DNA of 64,000 nucleotides, taken from Acidimicrobiales bacterium. Lineage in GTDB: Bacteria > Actinomycetota > Acidimicrobiia > Acidimicrobiales > SZUA-35. The number at the start of each line of letters is the position of its first letter. The stretch's first letter is position 1. The position numbers were made by a program, and so were the translations under genes. The stretch lies in the NCBI GenBank assembly GCA_965216655.1, contig CBDCGP010000005.1, forward strand, positions 83,329 to 147,328, given 5' to 3'. Below, piece by piece: positions 11,828 to 19,705 of this stretch. The notes below the pieces were generated by a model. That model was not told where the DNA came from. It was given only the letters and a program-made list of their open reading frames with translations, and did no database searches.

Positions 11828-13210
11828 CTACTGACTGAACTCCTGGGTTTGCGGGTTGAGCCGGTCGAGCTTGATTGCCCCTCCGGTTGCATTGTCACTC
11901 GCCCGGAAGACGTTGAGCCCCCGGGTGATGTCCGACTCGTAGATGAAGTTGTTGTACCAGTAGGTCGACCACGATCCGCCGAGCTGGCAGAAGCCGCCAC
12001 AGAACGGGCCGGGGCCGAGCGACACGGGATCCGACCACGCCACCGGCACGGCGTTGGCCGGGTCGGTGAAGTCGACGACCCAGGTGCCGGCCTGGTAGTT
12101 GCCGCTCACAACGACATAGCGGCCGCTGCGGAGCGGCACGATGTTGTAGTTGTGGATGGTGCAGTTCTCGTCTTGACCTTGAGCCCGCGGAAGGACCCAC
12201 TCACCGAGTTTGGCTCCCGTGTTGGCATCGTAGAAGAACATCGTCTTGTCGACGTCGGGATCGTCGGCCTCACACTCGCCGGCTCCGCCGCCGCCCGGCT
12301 CCCACCCGGCGACCAGTACGTTGCCATCCCAGGTGAAGCCGGCCGAATGCCACCGACCGTTCGTCTCGGAACCACCAACTCCCGGTTCGACGATGGATAC
12401 GGTCGGCACCGGATCCCGGGGGTTGCTGATGTCCCAGATGTTGATGGTGTCGGCGCTGGCGCAGGCCGCCAGATTGACGTCGCCCAAGATCGCCGCCGCG
12501 TCATGACAGCCCGTGCGCACCAGAGGATCGGTGGGTCCGACCAACGGTTCCCGATGGATCAGGCTGATGGCACCGGGGTCGTCGAGGGGAACAGCCATGA
12601 CGTCCATGAAGTCCCCCAAGGCGTTCTGGCCCGCAATGTCGAGTCCGACGCCGCACCCTGAGCTGCTCGAATTGTTGCTGTAGATGATGAGGTCGCCATC
12701 GTCCACTCCTGCCACTGTCGTGGTGTGGGAGCCGCAAGGCAGCTCGAGCGATCCGACGAGTACGGGATCGGTGGCATCACTGACGTCGAAGACGTGGACG
12801 CCTTCGAAGCCGGGCGGCACGATGCTGTCACCGCATACTCGAGGGTCGGCACGTTTGGTGTTCCACGATCGGACGAGGATGTTGTCCCAGATCGCAATGT
12901 CGCCCTGATCACCGTTGCAGCTGGGATGCGAGAGCAATTTGGGATTGCCCGGCGCCGAGATGTCGATGATCCGGAATCCGTCGTAGTTCCCCTGGTAGGC
13001 CAGATCACCCTGGAAGGCGAGATCGGAGCTGATGACTCGCTGGCCGTCGGGAACGGCGAACGTTGCCGGCTGGGGACTGTGGCCCAGCGCATGCATATTG
13101 TTTGTGCTCGGCTCGGTGTCGTGCTCGGCGCCCGCCGGTGTCAGCGGCGAAATGATGAGCACGCCGACGAGCAGGGCCGACACGGCCAGAACGTAGCGAA
13201 CGTGTCGCAT
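11828..13210 (-). CDS. Secreted beta-propeller protein with LVIVD-type repeats
   Basis: 460-aa ORF with a signal peptide (MRHVRYVLAVSALLVGVLIISPLTPAGA). It carries repeated motifs of the form (I/V)xD(I/V)S.P..P (IIDISAPGNPKLL, VFDVSDATDPVLV, IWDISNPRDPV). Confidence 0.6.
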   Translation of the reverse strand: MRHVRYVLAVSALLVGVLIISPLTPAGAEHDTEPSTNNMHALGHSPQPATFAVPDGQRVISSDLAFQGDLAYQGNYDGFRIIDISAPGNPKLLSHPSCNGDQGDIAIWDNILVRSWNTKRADPRVCGDSIVPPGFEGVHVFDVSDATDPVLVGSLELPCGSHTTTVAGVDDGDLIIYSNNSSSSGCGVGLDIAGQNALGDFMDVMAVPLDDPGAISLIHREPLVGPTDPLVRTGCHDAAAILGDVNLAACASADTINIWDISNPRDPVPTVSIVEPGVGGSETNGRWHSAGFTWDGNVLVAGWEPGGGGAGECEADDPDVDKTMFFYDANTGAKLGEWVLPRAQGQDENCTIHNYNIVPLRSGRYVVVSGNYQAGTWVVDFTDPANAVPVAWSDPVSLGPGPFCGGFCQLGGSWSTYWYNNFIYESDITRGLNVFRASDNATGGAIKLDRLNPQTQEFSQ

Positions 13211-13382
13211 GAGATGATCCTCCTGAGGTTTGACCCGCCCGCGCTGGGATTGCCTGGTTGTCTGATGACGAGTTGACGATCAAGTTGCGGTGGCCTTGGC
13301 ATCGACGAGCGTGTCGTCTCGATGGTGGCGGAGGTCATCTGACGGATGGGGCAGAGGAACGACCGCCCTGTCCCCCGTGTCT

Positions 13383-13922
13383 TTAGGCGAACGCCGAGCA
13401 GAAGCCGTCGAGCAGGATCGGGTCGCCTACGGTCAGCGGATCGATGCCGCGGATGTCGTGACGGCCCGAGATGCTCAGGACGCTCGGACCGTCGGGTCCG
13501 AAGAACAACACCACCCGGCCCGCATCGACAACGGAGTTGTCGCCTTGGTTGACGAGTACCGACAAGCCGTTGATCTCGATGGTCACCGAGCCGTCGTCAC
13601 CAAAGAGGATCCGCTGGATGAACGAGTCCGGGCCCTCCTGCAGTGTCTCCCCGGTGTCCAGGTTGGTGATGGTGTTCGCCTCACGGACCTGGTCCTGGAT
13701 GCGGACCACTTGACCGTCCTGATCAAAAAACAGGGTGCGCTCGACCGTGCCCTCGATGTCCCAGCTCAGCGGCAAACCGCACGAGGGGGCGACGCCGGTG
13801 ATGGTCTGAGCAAACGTGAACGACTGGGTGACCGGCGGAACCGCTCCTGCTCGATCGCTCCCCGTGACCACAAACGCGGCGAGTAGAAGGACACCCGCCA
13901 CCAACGTCGAAAGGCGACGCAT
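13383..13922 (-). CDS. Secreted hypothetical protein
   Basis: Internal ATG 13922 of the 13383-14186 ORF gives the signal peptide MRRLSTLVAGVLLLAAFVVTGSDRAGA. I recognised no family. Confidence 0.55.
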   Translation of the reverse strand: MRRLSTLVAGVLLLAAFVVTGSDRAGAVPPVTQSFTFAQTITGVAPSCGLPLSWDIEGTVERTLFFDQDGQVVRIQDQVREANTITNLDTGETLQEGPDSFIQRILFGDDGSVTIEINGLSVLVNQGDNSVVDAGRVVLFFGPDGPSVLSISGRHDIRGIDPLTVGDPILLDGFCSAFA

Positions 13923-14073
13923 CACGATTCCCCCATCGTTCGTATTTTGGTGGATCCACAGTGTACTACAGCGCTCCTGGTAGGTGCCAAGAAGTCCAAC
14001 CTCGAACTTTCGCGAACCATCCAGCGGTGACGGGAAGTACAAGCAGACAGACACACCAAGGGAGAACTCGGCC

Positions 14074-14703
14074 ATGGCCACGCCAGCCGGAACGACAGCA
14101 TCATCACCGACAGCATCGACTTCACCGTCAGTCTCACCAAGAACGTCACACCGTGAGCCGGCCCGACCGGCACTGGCTCCACTCATCGCCGTCGCGGCGG
14201 TCGGCGGTGCAGTGGCGCTGACGCTCGGGCTCTACGGCCGGATCCACACCCCCACCGGCCAACCGATCAACGACCTCGGATTCTCATCGCTGCTCGCCAT
14301 GAAGGCGTGGACCACGACCCTCGCCGCCACGCTCGGCCTGTGGCAGTTGACGTCGGCGGCATGGATGTGGGGTCGACTACCCGGTGTGGGATCCGCTCCC
14401 GGCTGGGTCGCCCCGACCCACCGCTGGTCCGGAACCGTCGCCTTCGTTGCCACCCTGCCCGCCGCCTACCACTGCCTGTGGGCGCTCGGGTTCCAGACGA
14501 CGACCACCAGGGTGGTCGCCCACTCGCTGCTGGGCTGTGCGTTCTACGGAGCCATCGCCACAAAACTCCTCGTCCTCCGGTCACCCCGCCTCCCGGGATG
14601 GACGCTGCCTGCCGTCGGTGGACTGCTCGTGACCGTGCTCACGGCCATCTGGTTCACCTCCTCCTACTGGTACTTCACGACTATCGCCTTCCCCGGCCTC
14701 TGA
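14074..14703 (+). CDS. Integral membrane protein (about 4 TM) upstream of a cupredoxin gene
   Basis: ATG 14074 is preceded by GGGAGAA. It has hydrophobic segments with conserved His and Trp. Family not verified. Confidence 0.6.
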   Translation: MATPAGTTASSPTASTSPSVSPRTSHREPARPALAPLIAVAAVGGAVALTLGLYGRIHTPTGQPINDLGFSSLLAMKAWTTTLAATLGLWQLTSAAWMWGRLPGVGSAPGWVAPTHRWSGTVAFVATLPAAYHCLWALGFQTTTTRVVAHSLLGCAFYGAIATKLLVLRSPRLPGWTLPAVGGLLVTVLTAIWFTSSYWYFTTIAFPGL

Positions 14704-14810
14704 CGGCTCGTCCGTAGCAGGGGTCCCGACCGAACGTGTCGCCCCGACGCCTGCTTCGAGCTGCCCCAAAACGACCTGACAATCCGATGATTCGAGAGGA
14801 CCCGAACAAC

Positions 14811-15305
14811 ATGAACACGCAACCCGAAGAGAAGAAGAGTCGCCTGACCATCACCGCCGCCATCATCGTGGCGGCCGGACTGGCCGCCGGGGTGGCACTG
14901 GCCCGACCGGCCATCGGTTGGCCGGATCCGGCCGGCGCCGACCTCCAGGCCGCAAATCAGGGGGAAGCACCCGTGTCCGCCTACGGCTCGGCGGAAGGCT
15001 ACGGCTCTCCAGCCGCCGTTGACACACCGGTCGCCGAGACACCAGCCACGGCGACCCCGACGGCCATCACCATTCAGAACTTCGAGTTCGGAGCGCCGGT
15101 CACCGTTGCCCCGGACTCGACGCTGGCCGTCACCAACGCCGACACGGCCCCCCACACGCTGACCTTCACCGACGGGACCGTCGACACCGGAACCGTCGAG
15201 CCCGGTTCCACCGTGGTGGTCCAGGCACCATCGACGCCGGGAACCTACACGTTCTTCTGCGCCATCCATCCGTCGATGACCGGCCAACTGATCGTTGCCG
15301 GCTGA
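14811..15305 (+). CDS. Membrane-anchored cupredoxin (amicyanin/plastocyanin-like type-1 copper protein)
   Basis: ATG 14811. It has an N-terminal TM anchor. The C-terminal domain carries type-1 Cu ligands (APHTLTF ... FFCAIHPSMTG, spacing C-x2-H-x2-M). Confidence 0.75.
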   Translation: MNTQPEEKKSRLTITAAIIVAAGLAAGVALARPAIGWPDPAGADLQAANQGEAPVSAYGSAEGYGSPAAVDTPVAETPATATPTAITIQNFEFGAPVTVAPDSTLAVTNADTAPHTLTFTDGTVDTGTVEPGSTVVVQAPSTPGTYTFFCAIHPSMTGQLIVAG

Positions 15306-15332
15306 CTCGAGGAGCAATCCAATGTCCACTCG

Positions 15333-15370
15333 ACGCGCGTTCTCGGGCAAAACCGCCCGGGTTCGCGCGT
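15333..15370. terminator. Imperfect hairpin between the convergent cupredoxin and lyase genes
   Basis: ACGCGCG-ttc-TCGGGC-aaaacc-GCCCGG-gtt-CGCGCGT. Confidence 0.3.
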
Positions 15371-15408
15371 AACTCTGACGTGCAGCGAGTCAACCCCGCC
15401 GCTGTTCG

Positions 15409-16296
15409 TCAGCGGTACCGGTGCTGAAGCCCGGTGATCTCGTCGAGTCCTATCAGGTCGGTGAAGTCGGCGAACGACGGAAGCGTGGCCTCCACGTCGA
15501 TCGGCGTGCCGGCCGCCTTCACCGCCGCCAGCGTCGACCTGATCGCACCGGTTGCGGCCAGTAGGACCGTGATCGGCATGATCACCAGGGCGAACCCGAG
15601 TTCGGCGAGTTCAGCGAACGACAGAGACGGTGACTTGCCCCCCTCGACCCAATTGTGGAGCAGGGGGGTGTCGCCGTACTCGGCCACGATCAGCTCGATC
15701 TCGTCCCGGGTCTGCAGCGCCTCGATGAACAAGACGTCGGCCCCCGCCTCCACCGCGGCGTCGGCCCGGCGCCGGGCCTCGTCGAGTCCCAGCGGGGCCC
15801 GGGCGTCGGTGCGGGCGATGATCAGGAAGTCGTCCGACGCCCGGGCATCGACGGCGGCCCGGATCTTGGCCGCGAACTCGGCGATCGGCACCACCTCCTT
15901 GCCCTCCATGTGGCCGCACCGCTTCGGCAGCACCTGATCCTCGAGGTGTATGGCCGCCACCCCGGCCCGCTCGTACTGCTGCACCGTGTGGACAACGTTG
16001 ATCGGATTGCCGTATCCCGTGTCGGCGTCGGCCACCAGCGGAACGTCGACCGCAGCGGCGATGCGGCGGGCGTTGTCGACCATCTCGGCCAGCCCCAGCA
16101 GACCGATGTCGGGGCGCCCCAGCAGAGAGGCCGCTGTTCCGAAGCCGGTCATGTACACACCGTCGAAGCCGGCCTGCTCGATCAACCGGGCGCCGAGGGC
16201 GTCATAGCAACCGGGCAGGAGAACCGGCCCGTCACCGGCCTCCATCAACCGGCGAAGACGATCGGGCGGCGCGGGCGACGACAAAAGATCAGCCAT
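15409..16296 (-). CDS. Isocitrate lyase/PEP mutase superfamily C-C lyase (methylisocitrate-lyase-like), copy 1
   Basis: 295-aa ORF. It contains DADTGYG and the lyase signature EDQVLPKRCGH. Confidence 0.8.
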   Translation of the reverse strand: MADLLSSPAPPDRLRRLMEAGDGPVLLPGCYDALGARLIEQAGFDGVYMTGFGTAASLLGRPDIGLLGLAEMVDNARRIAAAVDVPLVADADTGYGNPINVVHTVQQYERAGVAAIHLEDQVLPKRCGHMEGKEVVPIAEFAAKIRAAVDARASDDFLIIARTDARAPLGLDEARRRADAAVEAGADVLFIEALQTRDEIELIVAEYGDTPLLHNWVEGGKSPSLSFAELAELGFALVIMPITVLLAATGAIRSTLAAVKAAGTPIDVEATLPSFADFTDLIGLDEITGLQHRYR

Positions 16297-16369
16297 AGCG
16301 CCAATCTAGGACGGCCACTGCGGCCGGCGGCAACTTGAGCACCCTCCGAGGCCAACCTACACTGGCCCG

Positions 16370-17044
16370 GTGGCTGAGCCGGACTCCCGATCGGATTCGT
16401 TGGGAACGGCAGCCGGTGACGATCTGGCCGACGACTACCGGCAAGCCGGATTCGGTCAGGGGCTCGGAGTCGGCGACAAACTCGGCGTGCTGGTCGTCGA
16501 CGTGTGCCGGGCCTACGCCGATCCGCAGTCACCGCTGTTCGCCGACTGCCAACCGGCCTTCGACGCATGCGAGAACCTGGTCGGATCGGCCAGGGCCAAC
16601 GGCATTCCGGTGGTGTGGACCCGGGTTCGCTACCAACCCGGTGGCGCCGACGGCGGCCTGTTCTACCAGAAGGTCGGTGCGCTGTCGTGCTTCGACGAGG
16701 GAAACCCGTTCGGCGACTGGCTCGACGGGCTGGAGCCGGCCGCGGACGAGGTTGTGGTGACCAAACAATACGCCTCGTCGTTCTTCGGCACGTCGCTGGC
16801 GTCGTCGCTCAACACGGCGGGGATCGACACGCTGCTCATCTGCGGCGTGTCGACGTCGGGCTGCGTGAGGGCCAGCGCGCTCGACGCGCTCCAGCACGGC
16901 TTCCGCCCACTCGTCGTGGCCGACGCCTGCGGCGACCGCGACCAACGGGTGCACGACGCCAACCTGTTCGACCTCGGCGCCAAGTACGCCGACGTCATCG
17001 ACCTGCCGACGGCGGTTGAACTCACAAACCAGAAGGGGAATTGA
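16370..17044 (+). CDS. Isochorismatase-family cysteine hydrolase (N-carbamoylsarcosine-amidase-like), copy 1
   Basis: GTG start. It contains VLVVDVCRAY and the nucleophile region LLICGVSTSGCVRASALDA. Confidence 0.75.
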   Translation: MAEPDSRSDSLGTAAGDDLADDYRQAGFGQGLGVGDKLGVLVVDVCRAYADPQSPLFADCQPAFDACENLVGSARANGIPVVWTRVRYQPGGADGGLFYQKVGALSCFDEGNPFGDWLDGLEPAADEVVVTKQYASSFFGTSLASSLNTAGIDTLLICGVSTSGCVRASALDALQHGFRPLVVADACGDRDQRVHDANLFDLGAKYADVIDLPTAVELTNQKGN

Positions 17045-17045
17045 C

Positions 17046-18095
17046 ATGGACCTGGGAATCTTCATCCCGATCGGCAACAACGGGTGGATGATGTCGAAGA
17101 ACGCTCCGCAGTACATGCCGAGCTTCGAGCTCAACCGCACCACCGCCGAACGGGCGGAGGAGGCCGGCTACGACTTCCTGCTGTCGATGGTGAAGCTGCG
17201 GGGGTTCGGCGGCGACACCGAGTTCTGGGATCACAACCTCGAGTCGTTCAACCTGATGGCCGGACTGGCCGCCGTCACCAACGACATCCAACTCTTCGCC
17301 TCGGTGGCCCTGCCGACGTTGCATCCGGCCATGGTGGCCCGCATGGCCTCCACCATCGATGACATCTCCGACGGGCGGTTCGGCATCAACATCGTGTCCG
17401 GCTGGAACCAGAGCGAGTACGCCCAGATGGGGGTGTGGCCCGGCGACTGGTACTACGAGAAACGGTATGACTACGCCACCGAGTACGTCACCATCATGAA
17501 GGAGCTGTGGGCCACAGGGGTCAGCGACTTCAAGGGCGAGTACTTCCAGCTCGACGACTGCCGGCTGTCACCGCCACCTCGTGATGGCGCCGTGCCGCTC
17601 GTGTGCGCCGGCCAGTCGGATCGGGGCATGGAGTTCTGCGCCAACCACGGCGACTACCAGTTCATCATCGGCACCGGCGACCTCGACGTGGTCCGCACTG
17701 ATGCCGCCCGCCTCATGGCGGCTGCGGAGGAGAGCGGGCGGGACGTCGGCGTCTACGTGTTGTTCCAGATCACGATGGGCGAGACCGACGACGAGGCCGA
17801 GGCCAAGTGGCAGCACTACCGCGACGGGGCCGATCTGGAGGCCATCAAGTTCATGACCGGCCAGGCCGAACTCGACACGTCGGGCGCCACCGCCGAGAAG
17901 ATCACCGAGATGCAGGGGGCGTTCAACCTCAACATCGGCCCGATCGTCGGATCACACGCCACGATCGCGTCACGGCTCGACGAGGTGTCCGAGATCCCCG
18001 GGGTCAAAGGGGTGATGTGTGTGTTCGACGACTATCCGCCGGCCACGGCCGAGTTCGGGTCCGAGGTCATGCCCAAGATGGAGAGCCGGTCATGA
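17046..18095 (+). CDS. RutA-like flavin-dependent (LLM) monooxygenase
   Basis: The ATG at 17046 lies 1 nt after the upstream stop. It shows long collinear matches to E. coli RutA as I remember it (IPIGNNGW, APQYMP.FELN, SM(V/I)KLRGFGG.TEFWDHNLESF.LMAGLAAVT, DFKG, CAGQSD). Confidence 0.8.
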   Translation: MDLGIFIPIGNNGWMMSKNAPQYMPSFELNRTTAERAEEAGYDFLLSMVKLRGFGGDTEFWDHNLESFNLMAGLAAVTNDIQLFASVALPTLHPAMVARMASTIDDISDGRFGINIVSGWNQSEYAQMGVWPGDWYYEKRYDYATEYVTIMKELWATGVSDFKGEYFQLDDCRLSPPPRDGAVPLVCAGQSDRGMEFCANHGDYQFIIGTGDLDVVRTDAARLMAAAEESGRDVGVYVLFQITMGETDDEAEAKWQHYRDGADLEAIKFMTGQAELDTSGATAEKITEMQGAFNLNIGPIVGSHATIASRLDEVSEIPGVKGVMCVFDDYPPATAEFGSEVMPKMESRS

Positions 18096-18607
18096 CCGAC
18101 GAAACCGACGGGACCGACACCGTGGTTCGGACCGTGATCGGAAACCCGAATCCCGGCGGTCGCACCACCACCATCGGCGAGGCGGTGGCCGACGCCGTGG
18201 CCGATCTGATCGGCGGCAGTCGGGCCGACACCATCGAGCTGGCCGAGATCGGCCCCCACCTCTTCGAGTGGGGCAACGAGGACGTCAAGGCCCTCACGGA
18301 GGAGGTGGCGTCGAGCACGGTCAACGTGTTCGCCTGTCCCACTTACAAGGCGACCTACACCGGGCTGTTGAAGGCGTTCCTCGACAACTACAGCAACGAC
18401 GGATTGGCCGGCACGATCGCCGTGCCGGTGATGGTCGGCGCCACCCCCCGCCACGCGCTGGCCCCCGAGGTGCACCTGAGGCCGCTCCTCGTTGAGCTGG
18501 GAGCCTCGGTGCCCACTCGGGGGCTCTACGTTCTCGATTCGGAAATGGACGGACTGGGCGCCACGGTCGAGGCGTGGATCCAGGGTGTCGACGGTCAGCT
18601 CGGCTGA
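18092..18607 (+). CDS. NAD(P)H-dependent FMN reductase
   Basis: ATGA overlap with the monooxygenase gene. 171 aa with flavodoxin-like fold motifs (PNPGGRTT, CPTYKATYTGLLKAFLD). Confidence 0.7.
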   Translation: MTDETDGTDTVVRTVIGNPNPGGRTTTIGEAVADAVADLIGGSRADTIELAEIGPHLFEWGNEDVKALTEEVASSTVNVFACPTYKATYTGLLKAFLDNYSNDGLAGTIAVPVMVGATPRHALAPEVHLRPLLVELGASVPTRGLYVLDSEMDGLGATVEAWIQGVDGQLG

Positions 18608-18625
18608 TCGCCGATCACACGGATC

Positions 18626-18883
18626 TCACTCGTCGACCTCCTCCTCACCCTCCTCGATCTCCTCCTCGACCTGGTCCTCCGCCTCATCGAGTTCGGCGTC
18701 GGCCTCATCGAGTTCCTCTTCCAGCTGATCGACGCCTTCATCGATGGTCTCGTCGATCTCGCCGATCTCCTCGTCGAGTTCGGCTCCGTCGCCGTCTTCG
18801 TCCTCGGCGCAGGCGGCCAGTCCGCCCATGCCGACAGCCATGACGGCAGCGGTCAAGAATCCGGCAAATCGTTGTGATCGCAC
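18626..18883 (-). CDS. Small lipoprotein with an extremely acidic tail
   Basis: 85 aa. It has a signal peptide with lipobox (GGLAAC), followed by about 60 residues that are almost entirely D/E/L/I/G. Confidence 0.5.
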   Translation of the reverse strand: MRSQRFAGFLTAAVMAVGMGGLAACAEDEDGDGAELDEEIGEIDETIDEGVDQLEEELDEADAELDEAEDQVEEEIEEGEEEVDE

Positions 18884-18968
18884 GTCAACTCCTCACTGTT
18901 GATGGTTTGCCGTCTCGACGCGTACCCGGCTCCGTCCGACGTCAAACCACCGATCAGGACCGCCGTCA

Positions 18969-19637
18969 CTACCCGTGCGACAGGTTCGTCCAGGCCTCGA
19001 GGATGCGGTCGGCCATCAAACGGTGTTCGCGGGCGATGCCCCGAAGCTCCCGGTTCTCGGTTCGACCGCCGATCGCCACCGCGCCGAACCGGTTACCCCG
19101 GAAGTAGGGCCACAGGTGATCCGGCTGGAAGAACCGGTCCAGGTCGCCCGGAACGTCGATTCCGGTGGGACCGCCGTCGGGCGGTTCGGCCAGGGCGGGA
19201 AGATCCAGCGCTTCGAGCGCCTCGATGACGTCGTCGTCGTGGGTCCGGTCGGCGAAGTCGCGGCCCCGGTAGCCGAAGGCCTCGTTGCCGCCCGGGTCGA
19301 TGACGAGCAGTGCCGGCAATGCGATACCGCCCCGTTCCTCGGGATCGAACAGGCCGAGCGGTTGCAGAAGGGTCTCACCACCGGGATCACTCACATAGCG
19401 GACGTGAGGCGTCGGCCACCGGGCGAACATGCCGGCCTGGCGAACCTCGTCGTCGACGCTGACCGCGATGACCTCGGCCCCGGCCGCGTGAATCCGCTCA
19501 CTGATGGATGCCAGCCGCACGAGCTGGCCGCAGCAATACGGTCACCAGTCACCCCGGTACGTCATCAGCAGCACCGCGCCACTGCCTCGACGTAGGTTCA
19601 ACACATCGTGACGGGCGGTGCTCTCTGATTCGTGCAT
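18969..19637 (-). CDS. Redoxin/peroxiredoxin-like (AhpC-TSA fold) selenoprotein, with in-frame UGA (Sec) at 19544-19542
   Basis: My own reverse-complement of 19501-19640 reads MHESESTARHDVLNLRRGSGAVLLMTYRGDW-TGA-PYCCGQLVRLASISERI. This continues into the 18969-19520 ORF. The UGA sits exactly where the W-C-P-x-C redox cysteine is expected. Confidence 0.75.
19510..19528 (-). promoter_or_regulatory. Candidate bacterial SECIS hairpin for the redoxin UGA
   Basis: The mRNA reads UGA, then 13 nt, then GCCAGC-UCGUGCG-GCUGGC. That is a 6-bp stem with a GU-containing loop about 19 nt after the UGA. Confidence 0.4.
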
Positions 19638-19705
19638 CGCCGAACCGTAGCATCGGCCCGTGCCGGGCCGGTTATCGGGGGGCGTTCGCCACTACCAAGT
19701 CGCGG

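Noticed and set aside
15409-16296. PEP-mutase-superfamily genes (also 46589-47530) as phosphonate-biosynthesis PEP mutases linked to the phnCDE transporter
   Set aside because: Both carry the K(K/R)CGH lyase signature rather than PEP-mutase features. Neither is adjacent to phosphonopyruvate decarboxylase or to phnCDE.
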